Source of the DNA: Spirochaetia bacterium
GTDB taxonomy: Bacteria > Spirochaetota > Spirochaetia > DSM-16054 > Sediminispirochaetaceae
Direction of reading: 5' to 3'
Assembly (NCBI GenBank): GCA_034520965.1
Contig: JAXHMY010000001.1
Coordinates: 224,001-288,000 of the forward strand
Length of the DNA stretch: 64,000 nt
Numbering within the stretch: the first letter of the stretch is position 1; the number at the start of each line of letters is the position of its first letter. Below, in pieces: positions 40,595 to 50,433 of the stretch. The notes under the pieces were generated by a model. That model searched no databases, was not told the DNA's origin, and saw only the letters and a list, made by a program, of their open reading frames with translations. The translations under genes were made by a program, and so were the position numbers.

Positions 40595-42731
40595 CTTCAC
40601 GCACCTCCATAATGTACTCAGGAGTCACCGGTATCTGCTTCACATCTCCGTTAATTGCCATTTGTACCGCATCGGCAAATGCGGCTGCGGCTCCGTCAAA
40701 TACCAGTTCACCGGCGCCTTTGGCTCCAAAGGGACCGTATTCATACGGGTTATCCACCAGGGCGCTCTTAATTTTAGGAAAATCCATAGTAGTGGGAATA
40801 GTATAATCGGCCATGGTCTTCTGCTGAAACCGGCCCTCTTTTACTTCCAGTTTCTCCAGGCTGCCGTAACCCAAGGCCTGGATAATCCCGCCGTCTACTT
40901 GGCCCTCTACCACTTTCTCGTCAATTGCGACTCCAACGTCATGAACCGCCCAAATACCTTTTGTAGTTACCTCATATGTGAGAGGATCAACTTCCACTTC
41001 TATCACATTCGCGCCCCAACCGTAGGAGGGGTAGGCATCTCCCTGAAGGTTTTCCTGATCCCAGGGGATCAATCCCTCCGGCGGCTCATACTGCTGCCGC
41101 ACTTCAACTATATCGCTTTCTTTCCAGCGGTCTTTCAGTTTTTTAGCTGCCTCTTGCACCAGGTAACCGACCACGGCAATCGAACGACTGGCACAGGTGG
41201 GGCCTGAGTCAGGAACTAAATCGGTATTCGGATCATTGTAGATTACCGAATCCACCGGTAATTCAAGTACCATAGCAGCTATCTTGCGAAAGGTGGTCTG
41301 CAGTCCCTGGCCCATCTCAACATTCGAAACCAGCAGGTCTACAAGACCATCGGCACGCTTGCGCATTTTAACCACTCCCTTAATAATTTCCTGTTCACCG
41401 TTTCCGGTAAAACCGCTGCCGTGGTTAAACAGAGAAATTCCAATTCCCTTCCATGAACCGGGGGTATGCTCTTTGAGTTTCTTACTGTATCCGGACATAT
41501 CATCAATACGCTGAATTATTTCCGGAAGCTTCACCTCTTCGTGGATCCGGCCGTTCGTTACGGTCACATCCCCCTGCTTCAGCAGATACTGCTGCTTTAG
41601 TTTCAACTCGTCTACGTTTATAGCACGAGCGAGGTGACTCATGTGTGACTCCATGGCAAACAGCCCCTGGGGGGCGCCAAACCCACGGTAGGCATCAGAG
41701 GGGACGTTATTGGTCGCAAAAGCCCTTCCGCGTATCTTTACATTTGGAATATTATATACACTGTTCACAGAAAAAATCGCACGCTGCAGAACTACCATAG
41801 AACAGCTTTCATACGCACCGGCATCGATCCGCACATCTATATCCATTCCAATAATATTACCAGCCTCATCAAGGGCAGTTTTAAAGCGGGTTACGCTGGG
41901 ATGGCGCTTGGGAGTAAAGCTGATATCTTCAACCCGGTCGAAGAACAGACCAATCGGTTTGCCTATCTTGCGGGCGGCAACGGCAAGGGGAGTAGAAATG
42001 ACATCCGGATAATGCTCTTTCCCACCAAATGCCCCCCCGGTCACAACTTGCTGGACCCTGACTTGATCTTCAGCTAGCCCCATTGTAGCTGATACGGCGT
42101 GGCGTACATAAAAGGGACACTGCCCTGAAAAAAGAATGCCCAGTTTGCCGTCATCTTCGGTCTTGGCTACCACCCCCTGGGGTTCCATATATATATGCTC
42201 CTGAAAGCCTGTCCGAATAGTATCTTCTATAACCCGCGCAGCCTTTGCAAAAGCGGCATCGGGATCACCCTTCTGCAGGCGGTAATCGGCGTAGGTGTTA
42301 TCCTCGCCGTGAATAGGGCCGCCCTTTAGAGCCTCGGCCTCTTCAATTGAAAATACCGGGGTAAGATCTTCATACTCTACCTTTACCTCATCCCGCAGAC
42401 GGTTGAGCTCTTTGCGGTCGGGGCCGACCAACAGACCGATGGTTTCACCGATAAATCGTACGTGCTCATCGGCAAATACCGGCCAGTCGTCCTTGATCAT
42501 TTCGATACGGTTTCTACCGCCGGAGGGAATGTCCTTGGCGTCGATATAGTAATAGCCCTCCGGCAGCGCCGGTACGCTCACACTCTTTATAATTGCTCGT
42601 GCACGGGAAGATCGAACAATCTTCCCGTAGAGGAGCCCATCAAACGGAATATCACCAATGTAGCGTGCAGCTCCACCGGTTTTAATTCCGGCATCTACCC
42701 GCTTGATTGAAGTGCTTATCTTTTTATTCAT
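40581..42731 (-). CDS. xanthine dehydrogenase-family molybdopterin-binding subunit
   Basis: Motifs QEHIYMEPQG, GGAFGGKE, AYRGFGAPQ, GAKGAGE. Start reassigned to ATG 42731 after the RBS. Confidence 0.92.
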   Translation of the reverse strand: MNKKISTSIKRVDAGIKTGGAARYIGDIPFDGLLYGKIVRSSRARAIIKSVSVPALPEGYYYIDAKDIPSGGRNRIEMIKDDWPVFADEHVRFIGETIGLLVGPDRKELNRLRDEVKVEYEDLTPVFSIEEAEALKGGPIHGEDNTYADYRLQKGDPDAAFAKAARVIEDTIRTGFQEHIYMEPQGVVAKTEDDGKLGILFSGQCPFYVRHAVSATMGLAEDQVRVQQVVTGGAFGGKEHYPDVISTPLAVAARKIGKPIGLFFDRVEDISFTPKRHPSVTRFKTALDEAGNIIGMDIDVRIDAGAYESCSMVVLQRAIFSVNSVYNIPNVKIRGRAFATNNVPSDAYRGFGAPQGLFAMESHMSHLARAINVDELKLKQQYLLKQGDVTVTNGRIHEEVKLPEIIQRIDDMSGYSKKLKEHTPGSWKGIGISLFNHGSGFTGNGEQEIIKGVVKMRKRADGLVDLLVSNVEMGQGLQTTFRKIAAMVLELPVDSVIYNDPNTDLVPDSGPTCASRSIAVVGYLVQEAAKKLKDRWKESDIVEVRQQYEPPEGLIPWDQENLQGDAYPSYGWGANVIEVEVDPLTYEVTTKGIWAVHDVGVAIDEKVVEGQVDGGIIQALGYGSLEKLEVKEGRFQQKTMADYTIPTTMDFPKIKSALVDNPYEYGPFGAKGAGELVFDGAAAAFADAVQMAINGDVKQIPVTPEYIMEVREDGNN

Positions 42732-42849
42732 ATCCCCTCTTCCTTGCAAAAGATCACCTCTTAAAGATTTTAAAAAGGACAGAGAGAACCGGAGCTTCCG
42801 GTCCTCCTCCTTGTCCCTTAGCTTACTGCTTAACTCAAATATAACAAAT

Positions 42850-44070
42850 TTACTGCTTACCCTCCAGAGTAAAGGGGAGCATCGCATAAAATGCACTACA
42901 AATTTCCAGGTCATCAACCCGGTTTACTTCATTTGGGGCATGGGCCTGATTCTCGTCGCCAGGACCAAAACCGATAGCCGGAATCTTGTGCCGGCCGGTT
43001 GTGGCAACGGCGTTTGTTGAGAAGGTCCATTTATCGACTACCGGCTCTTTCTCGAACAGAGCTTTGTAGGCTTTTACACCCTTCTGTACTATCTCGTGAT
43101 CTTCGGGAATCTTCCAAGTCGGAAAATAAAGCTCCTGAGAGTAGTCCAGGTTCTTCCAACCGCGCTCTTCGTACATCGGCATTTCGACGGACACCGCATC
43201 CTTATCCTCACCAATAGCCTTGCTCATGTACTCTTTTACCTGGTTGATAGCCAATTCTTTGTCCTCGCCCCAGGTCAGTCGGCGGTCGAGATACAGCATA
43301 GCCTGGTCGGGAACCGCACACTGGCTGGGTCCCTTTACATCGATCTGGGAGACTACAATGGTTCCCTTCCCCAGAAAGTTGTCTTCATCCGGCTGCAGAT
43401 CTTCATTCAACTGTTCCATTGCCAGAGCAGCCCGAGCAGCCTTGTAGGCGGCACTCTGGCCACGCTCGGGAGCCGAACCGTGGGAAGAGACACCCTTTAG
43501 GCGAGCGATCATTTCCATCCGTCCCCGGTGACCCCGGTAAATCCGGCAAGTAGTCGGTTCGGTGGATACAAAAAAGTCGGGCTTGAGGTTTTCCTCTTCG
43601 ATGAGGTACTTCCAGCACATACCGTCGCAGTCTTCTTCAAGCACGGTGAAGGTGAAGTATACACTGTACTCTCCATCATACCCAAGATCCTTCAGTATTC
43701 GACCGGCGGTTACCATCGACGCGGCGCCGCCCTTCTGATCACTGGAACCACGGCCGTGAACAAGACCGTCTTTGATTTCACCGGAAAAGGGATCAAAACT
43801 CCACTGTGAGGGGTCGCCCACCTCTACAGTATCAATGTGTGCGTCAATCGCGATAGACTTAGGACCGTTACCAACCCGGCCCACTACACTGCCGAGACCG
43901 TCGATACGCACCTCGTCAAAACCTGCCTCTTCGCACATCTCAACTATTTTGCGGCATACCGCTTCTTCCTCACCATCGTACGATCTAATTTTCACCATTT
44001 CGGATAGTGTTTTAGCTGTGTAATCACGATACTCTTTGGCCTTTGCCAGTATTTCATCTTTGATTGCCAT
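42850..44070 (-). CDS. ygeY: YgeY-family M20 metallo-amidohydrolase
   Basis: Motifs DAHIDTV, GRGSSDQKGG, EEDCDG, YRGHRGRME, WTFSTN, QAHAPNE. Confidence 0.92.
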   Translation of the reverse strand: MAIKDEILAKAKEYRDYTAKTLSEMVKIRSYDGEEEAVCRKIVEMCEEAGFDEVRIDGLGSVVGRVGNGPKSIAIDAHIDTVEVGDPSQWSFDPFSGEIKDGLVHGRGSSDQKGGAASMVTAGRILKDLGYDGEYSVYFTFTVLEEDCDGMCWKYLIEEENLKPDFFVSTEPTTCRIYRGHRGRMEMIARLKGVSSHGSAPERGQSAAYKAARAALAMEQLNEDLQPDEDNFLGKGTIVVSQIDVKGPSQCAVPDQAMLYLDRRLTWGEDKELAINQVKEYMSKAIGEDKDAVSVEMPMYEERGWKNLDYSQELYFPTWKIPEDHEIVQKGVKAYKALFEKEPVVDKWTFSTNAVATTGRHKIPAIGFGPGDENQAHAPNEVNRVDDLEICSAFYAMLPFTLEGKQ

Positions 44071-44121
44071 TTTAGAAACTCCTTAAATAAATTCTTTTAA
44101 TTTTTTTCCGTACGTACTGCC

Positions 44122-45466
44122 TTATTCAGGCAGCTTATTTATGTTTTCCCACAATTTCTTGGCCGCAGTGCGGCTTTCAGCGAAGATTTTCTCCACATCG
44201 AGGGGAAACTTTCGATCCTCATATACTATTTGTCCGTCAATAATAACCGTGCGCACATCGGTAGATGCCATTCCGAAAGGCCATGTGTCCATCAATATTG
44301 TCTCCGGTGAGCGGGGTGGGTGCCTGATAATCGGAAATTACTATATCCGCCTTATACCCCTTTTCAAGCCGGCCAAACTGCTGCCCGAAGTTACGGTTCA
44401 ACAGCTCGTTTCCATTGGCAATGAGCTTTAGGAAGGCATCCGAATAGAGACTTCCGTGGGCATCCTGATGCTTGAAAAAAGCAAACTTGAACTCTTCAAA
44501 CATGTTTGCACCGATTCCATCGGTACCGATGGCAACATTCTTATAGTTCGGCAGCTGGTGGTTATACCCAACCCCGTTATTCATATTGCTCTTCGGGTTG
44601 TGGACAAGAAAGCTGTCAGCCTGGTTTATCATCTGAACATCCGCTTCGGAGAGATGTACGCCGTGGACAAAAATTGACTTTTCATTCAGCAAGCCGAACT
44701 CGGACAGACGGGCCATAATGTCCTTATTAAAATGCAGGTGGGAGTAACTGGCATCGTATTTGCCCTCCGCCACATGTACATGAAAACCGCGTCCAGTGCT
44801 CTCGACCACCTCGGCAATCGCCTTTAGACCTTCCTGGGGGATGGTAAAGGGAGCATGACCGCCGACGGCAGCCTCAACCAAGTGTCGCCCGCCGCTCTGC
44901 TTCTCCTGCTCTGCCTGTTTGGCAAACTCGCGGTTTTCTTCAATACCGGCATACATCCCATCCATACCGTTGCGGTCGCTTACCTCATAGCAGGTCATGC
45001 CGCGCAAACCGGTCTCGGTGAAACTCTTTTTCACTGTGTTTAAGCTACCCTTAATATAATTAGGGCTGGCATGGTGATCGATAACCGCCGTGGTGCCGGA
45101 TTTAATCGCCTCGATCGAGTTGATAATCGATGAGTAATACAGCGACTCCTCATCAAGGCCCCGATCCAGTTTCCACCACAGATTCCTTAGTACCGACACA
45201 AAATCGGGGGTAGGACCCACATTAGCCATAATACCCCGGGCCAGCCCTGAATAGTAGTGATGGTGGCTGCAGACCAGCCCTGGAAAAACCAGCTTTCCGG
45301 AGGCATCAATCTCCTTATCGATTTTTCCCGAATATTTTCCGGCAGCGCTCTTTCCAATTTCTACAATTGTGCTGTCGTCAATAACTATATCTACGTCCTC
45401 CCAGACTTTAGGAGGATCAAACTGCAGTGCAGTTGCATTCTTTATCGCTATCATACTTTTCCTCAT
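44122..45466 (-). CDS. ssnA: SsnA-type aminohydrolase (frameshift at about 44276-44278 near the C-terminus)
   Basis: Motifs CSHHHYYSGLARG, DHHASP, HVHVAE, HNPKSNMNNGVG. Removing one base gives GHMAFGMASTDVRTVIIDG...KLPE with a stop at 44122. Confidence 0.9.
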
Positions 45467-45469
45467 CCT

Positions 45470-48400
45470 TTATACTTGAACTTCACCCAATAGATAGGCG
45501 TGCTTTCTTACTACAGTTTCGATAAGTGCCGCCACCCGCGGATCGAGAGTGCCCTCCGGTACCATGCCGTTTTCATCGACCGGAAGTTCCTGCACAGCAT
45601 CATTTACTCTTACGTAGGCGGTTTCGCCGGAGAGCAAAAATCCCGGGTTCTCGGAAGAATCGAAATCCTGCTTCAGGTTAAACACGGTAAACTTATCCTT
45701 ATAGGGTTTGCCCTCCCAAGGACAGAAAGAAGCACAGTTGCCGCATTCGTTACACAGGGCATCTATGTGAATAATCTGATGGTCCTGACCAAATCCAGCT
45801 TCAGTCGGCACCGCCACTACCATATTGGCACGGTTCGGGCAGACCTCCACACACTTGTTGCAGACATAAGAACACTGCAGACAACGCACCGCCTCGTTCT
45901 GGGCAAACACATCATCAGAACCGGAAGCCAGGATATTCTCCGTCCGGATAATCGCGCCCTTGCGCGGCAGGATTTCATTGAGAATCTCTTCGGACTTAAA
46001 CCGGGGTACCCGATTGGCCCGGCTCCAGTCGGCATTTTCTTTGAGGGTAACCGCATCGGCAACTTTGCGTCCGGCGGCTATACACTGTACTACCGTCGAA
46101 GGTCCGCTTTGGGCATCCCCTCCGAGGTATACATTCTCCGCAGCAGTTTCCAGGGTTTCCTCACTCACCTTGGGCCAGCCGTCGCTTCCCAGGGGAATAC
46201 CGAAGGCCGCTAGGGCATCGGTATCGACCTTTTCCCCGATTGCGGTAATTAGATTATCAACTTTCACGGTTTCAGTGCGTTCGGTGGCAACCGGTCGGGC
46301 ACGACCACTGGAGTCCGGCTCGCCTAATTCCATTACCCGTACAGTCAGGGTGCCGTCGGCAGCCAGGGTTTCAGGATTACGGAGGAACTTGAATACCACC
46401 CCGTCCTTCACTGCATTTTCATACTCCTCCATATCGGCGGGCATCTGCTCAAAAGCACGGCGGTACAACACGGTTACCGTATCTACCCCGTCTATCTTAG
46501 TAGCAGCGCGGGCGCTGTCCATAGCGGTGTTTCCGCCACCAACAACCACCACATGCTTCCCAAGCTTTACGGCTTCCGGGGTATTGCGGTAATCCCACAG
46601 AAAATCGAGTGACTTAAGAACTCGCTCATCACTGCCGTCGAGCTTCATAGGATTGTCCTTTTCAGCCCCGATGCCGAGGAAAATATAGGTAAATCCCTGG
46701 GAACGAAGTTCATCACGGGTCATATGCGGATTTGCACCAAACTGAAACTCGACTCCATGGGCTTTGATAAACTCAATATCCTTTTCGATCGCCTCGACGG
46801 GCAGCCGAAAATGAGGAATTACGTGACGTACTACACCCCCGGCATTCTGATGCTTCTCGAATACAGTAACATCAAATCCTTCCCGGGCCATGAAATAGGC
46901 TGCGGATAGTCCGGCAGGACCGGCGCCAACAACAGCGGCCTTTCCCTGCCGCTTCTTCTCCGGTGCAGTCCATTTATCGATATATTTTTGCCAGCCATTT
47001 TCGGCGGCAATTCGTTTCATTTCGCGAATCTTGACTGACCCTTCGTAGTCGAGGCGGGTGCAGTTGTACATACACTGATGATCACATATGTATCCGGTGA
47101 TATTCGGCAATGCATTTTGTTCATATATCACATCCAGCGCCTCAGCATAATGCCCTTTTCCGGCTAAACGGATGTACTCGGGGACATCCTGGTTAATGGG
47201 GCAGGCCGTACGACAGGGTGCAACGTAACAGTCGAACAGCGGGAGGGGCTCACCAGTTGAAATACGGTCGGTACCGCGAAAATCCTTACGGCTGTAGTCA
47301 GCCTGCAGGGCCTCGCGGGCCATTTCCTTAACCTTCTCCACATCAACACTGGTCTTATTCCAGCCGTCGGAGGGTTCGGTTTTCAAAGCCATCTCTTTCA
47401 AGCGCATGTACCCGCCCGGTTTGAGCAGGTCGGTTGCAACTGTAATAGGTCTGATTCCAGCTGAAAAAAGTGCATCCACGTTCAGAGCGGTTGCACCGCC
47501 GGCATAGGAAATCGGAAGCTGTCCCTTAAACTCCTCAGACAGCTTGGCGGCCAAATTGATAGTGAGCGGGTACAGGGCGCGGCCGGACATAAACATGTCG
47601 TCACCAGGCAGTTGACCCTGATCGTTTATTGATCCAAGGGTGTTGGAGAGCTTGGCTCCAAAAATCTTTCCATTGTCTTTAGCCAGTTTCATGAGACGCT
47701 GTACCATTCCAACCGCAACATCGTACTTCAGATCATGATCAAAGGACTCACGACTCAAGTGAAGATAGGTATATCCAAGGTCATCCAAAATCTCACGTAC
47801 ACCCTCGTAACCGAGCAGGGTGGGATTCATTTTTAGGTAGGTATCAATTTTCTTTTCTGTTAATAAATAAGTACAAATAGCTTCCTGTTCATCCGGAGGA
47901 CAGCCGTGCATTGTAGACAGAGTAACCGATGGAGAAATTTGAGCCGGTATGCGATCGGCAAGACCGACCAGAGCGGCTACACGCTCTTCGAGTCCGGTTC
48001 CCTTCAGAAAGCCACCGGCAACCCCGCTGTTGTCACCGGCCTGGGCTTCATTTATCAGCTCATCAAGCTCCTGTTTATACTGGGAAAAGAGGGGATGCTC
48101 CGAGGCGTCGATCATTGAGTTGATGAAGTAGTCCATCTTGGGAGTCTTGATGCCTTCAAGGTCGTACCCGACACTCATGTTAAAGATAAAAGAACGCTGA
48201 TCGGCGCTCAAGCCAAGCTCGAAAACATCCTCAACCAAATGTAAAATAAACCAGGCCTTGATGTACTCATCATAGGCCTTCTCCAAACTGAATTCAGTTG
48301 ACCATTCGGTGTTGTAGCCCTCATCACGTGCATCGATACAGGGTTTATCAATCTCAAGACTGTCCAGTTTCTGTACCGTCTTGAGCTCCATGAAACGACC

Positions 48401-48628
48401 ACCCGCTACATAACTGGCTACAATATTCTGTGCCATCTGGGTATGCGGACCGGCGGCCGGCCCCAGTGGAGTATCACACTGATCGTTGAAAGCAGTAATT
48501 CGCTTGTTGTTCTGCTTCTTAAAGAAATGTATGGAGGGAATGCTGAATACCGACCCTTGGGCTGCGTATTCTCGAAAAATCCTGCGGATGAGTTCCTTGA
48601 AAGGAAGAGGTCTCATTATATCGCCCAT
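45470..48628 (-). CDS. ygfK: YgfK flavin/Fe-S oxidoreductase ('putative selenate reductase')
   Basis: Motifs MGDIMRP, GPAAGPHTQMAQN, TLSTMHGCPP, GAGPAG, GGGNTAMD, CNKCVEVCPNRAN, CNECGNC. Confidence 0.95.
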   Translation of the reverse strand: MGDIMRPLPFKELIRRIFREYAAQGSVFSIPSIHFFKKQNNKRITAFNDQCDTPLGPAAGPHTQMAQNIVASYVAGGRFMELKTVQKLDSLEIDKPCIDARDEGYNTEWSTEFSLEKAYDEYIKAWFILHLVEDVFELGLSADQRSFIFNMSVGYDLEGIKTPKMDYFINSMIDASEHPLFSQYKQELDELINEAQAGDNSGVAGGFLKGTGLEERVAALVGLADRIPAQISPSVTLSTMHGCPPDEQEAICTYLLTEKKIDTYLKMNPTLLGYEGVREILDDLGYTYLHLSRESFDHDLKYDVAVGMVQRLMKLAKDNGKIFGAKLSNTLGSINDQGQLPGDDMFMSGRALYPLTINLAAKLSEEFKGQLPISYAGGATALNVDALFSAGIRPITVATDLLKPGGYMRLKEMALKTEPSDGWNKTSVDVEKVKEMAREALQADYSRKDFRGTDRISTGEPLPLFDCYVAPCRTACPINQDVPEYIRLAGKGHYAEALDVIYEQNALPNITGYICDHQCMYNCTRLDYEGSVKIREMKRIAAENGWQKYIDKWTAPEKKRQGKAAVVGAGPAGLSAAYFMAREGFDVTVFEKHQNAGGVVRHVIPHFRLPVEAIEKDIEFIKAHGVEFQFGANPHMTRDELRSQGFTYIFLGIGAEKDNPMKLDGSDERVLKSLDFLWDYRNTPEAVKLGKHVVVVGGGNTAMDSARAATKIDGVDTVTVLYRRAFEQMPADMEEYENAVKDGVVFKFLRNPETLAADGTLTVRVMELGEPDSSGRARPVATERTETVKVDNLITAIGEKVDTDALAAFGIPLGSDGWPKVSEETLETAAENVYLGGDAQSGPSTVVQCIAAGRKVADAVTLKENADWSRANRVPRFKSEEILNEILPRKGAIIRTENILASGSDDVFAQNEAVRCLQCSYVCNKCVEVCPNRANMVVAVPTEAGFGQDHQIIHIDALCNECGNCASFCPWEGKPYKDKFTVFNLKQDFDSSENPGFLLSGETAYVRVNDAVQELPVDENGMVPEGTLDPRVAALIETVVRKHAYLLGEVQV

Positions 48629-48685
48629 ATTAACTCCTCTAAACTAAATGGTAAAAATTAGACTTTGTGCGGGTACTTTTGAACT

Positions 48686-48739
48686 ATTGTACCTCGATTA
48701 AGAGTGTTGTCAATAAAAAACTGCAACAATTCGCAACAT
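48686..48739 (-). promoter_or_regulatory. ygfK promoter with an upstream TGTTGY-N4-TGTTGYA motif
   Basis: On the minus strand TTGACA(48713-48708)-16bp-TACAAT(48691-48686). The motif tgcaacaattcgcaacat lies at 48722-48739. Confidence 0.65.
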
Positions 48740-48874
48740 TTTTCAACCCTTTTGGGTTGACTGTCACCACCTTATATTATAAAAATTAGAAGGCTTTATA
48801 TAAAAGAACAGGGTTAATGCGAAGCCGTTATCCGGCCGGGCCGGAAATAAATACATATATGAGAGGGATTTTAC

Positions 48875-50341
48875 ATGATCGATCTTACCATGCACGAAGA
48901 TGTGAAAAAGAAAAATGTTCAGCAATGCCGGGCACAAAATATTATTTACCCGACCTTTGCACAGATGAAAGATCCTTCCCTCATCCCAGACAGCATTCAG
49001 CAAAAGCTCCGCAACGTGGGACTGTGGGACATCAATTCACTCAACCTTTTCCGGATTACCTGGAAAAACGAACCTACCCACCATGGCGGCACCTATAAAG
49101 GCGTAAACTACATTGAACTGCCCCGTGAGATCACCGGCAGCAAGGCCCGCATTCTGGCCCTGGTTGGAAAGTGGTTTCCCACCGGCGCTCATAAAGTAGG
49201 AGCCACTTACGGCTGTCTGGCCCCGGCCCTGACCACCGGAAACTTCGACTCCAGCCGTCAGAAAGCCGTTTGGCCATCTACCGGTAACTACTGCCGCGGC
49301 GGTGCGTACAACTCAGACCTGCTGGCCTGTGATTCCATCGCCATTCTGCCCGAAGAGATGAGTGAAGAGCGGTTCAACTGGCTCAAGAAGGTCGCCGGCG
49401 AGGTTATCGCCACCCCCGGTTGCGAGAGCAACGTAAAAGAGATCTTTGACAAGTGTAACGAACTGAACGCCGAGCGCGGCGACGATATTGTAATCTTCAA
49501 CCAGTTTGACCAGTTCGGAAATTACCTGTGGCACTACGAGGTAACCGCCGAGGCGATTGAAGAGATGATCAAAAAAGAGGTTCCCAATGCCGAGAACTTC
49601 AAGGGTTACCTGACCACCACCGGATCCGGCGGTACCCTGGCAGCCGGAGATTACCTGAAACAGAAGTACCCCCACCTGAAGCTGGCCGCCGGAGAGGCGC
49701 TGCAGTGCCCCACTCTGCTGGACAACGGCTTCGGAGGACACCGCATCGAGGGAATCGGGGACAAGCACGTGCCCTGGATCCACAATGTGCGGAACACCGA
49801 TATGGTGATTGCGGTTGACGATAACGATGCGATGAATGTGATGCGCCTGTTCAATGAGCCCGCCGGTCAGGAGTACCTGAAGCAGCAGGGCGTCTCCCAG
49901 GAGTTTCTCGACAACGCAGACCTGCTGGGCATCTCGGGTATTGCAAATGTAATTGGCGCGATTAAAATGGCCAAGTACTACGAGATGGATGAGGATGATG
50001 TGATTGTGACCGTGCTGACCGACTCGATGGAGATGTACGGATCACGGGTGACCGAAATGAAAAGGAACCACGGCGAGTTTACCGCCACCGACGCGGCCAA
50101 GGTGCACTTCCAGGCCCTCGAGAAGCAGGGCACCGATAACCTGCTTGAGCTGCGCTACGAGGACCGCAAGCGGATCCACAACCTGAAATACTACACCTGG
50201 ATCGAACAGCAGGGTAAAGAGCTCGAAGAGCTGAACGCCCAGTGGTACGACAAGGAGTACTGGACGAACATCCAGAAACAGACCGGAGAGATTGATAAAT
50301 TGATAGAGCAGTTTAACCGTGAAGTCGGTCTGCTGGATTAA
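48875..50341 (+). CDS. fold-type II PLP-dependent enzyme (cysteine synthase/Trp synthase beta superfamily), substrate unknown
   Basis: Motifs FPTGAHKVGA (probable PLP lysine), PSTGNY, TTTGSGGT, HRIEGIG. Confidence 0.85.
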   Translation: MIDLTMHEDVKKKNVQQCRAQNIIYPTFAQMKDPSLIPDSIQQKLRNVGLWDINSLNLFRITWKNEPTHHGGTYKGVNYIELPREITGSKARILALVGKWFPTGAHKVGATYGCLAPALTTGNFDSSRQKAVWPSTGNYCRGGAYNSDLLACDSIAILPEEMSEERFNWLKKVAGEVIATPGCESNVKEIFDKCNELNAERGDDIVIFNQFDQFGNYLWHYEVTAEAIEEMIKKEVPNAENFKGYLTTTGSGGTLAAGDYLKQKYPHLKLAAGEALQCPTLLDNGFGGHRIEGIGDKHVPWIHNVRNTDMVIAVDDNDAMNVMRLFNEPAGQEYLKQQGVSQEFLDNADLLGISGIANVIGAIKMAKYYEMDEDDVIVTVLTDSMEMYGSRVTEMKRNHGEFTATDAAKVHFQALEKQGTDNLLELRYEDRKRIHNLKYYTWIEQQGKELEELNAQWYDKEYWTNIQKQTGEIDKLIEQFNREVGLLD

Positions 50342-50349
50342 ATAACAAG

Positions 50350-50374
50350 GGCCGGCGCTTCGCCGGCCTTTTTT
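50350..50374 (+). terminator. intrinsic terminator
   Basis: ggccggcg-ctt-cgccggcc-tttttt. Confidence 0.8.
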
Positions 50375-50433
50375 GGTACCTACACTCTGGTACCTTCAAT
50401 TAGAATGATAACAATGTTTGAAGGGGAGTAACA

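Noticed and set aside
37920..41207. Long plus-strand ORFs (287 aa at 37920 and 290 aa at 40335)
   Set aside because: They are antisense shadows of well-supported genes, with no recognisable motifs.
45470..48628. Selenate respiration inferred from the 'selenate reductase' label of YgfK
   Set aside because: The ssnA/ygeY/ygeW/xdh context indicates purine degradation, and no DMSO-reductase-family subunit is present.
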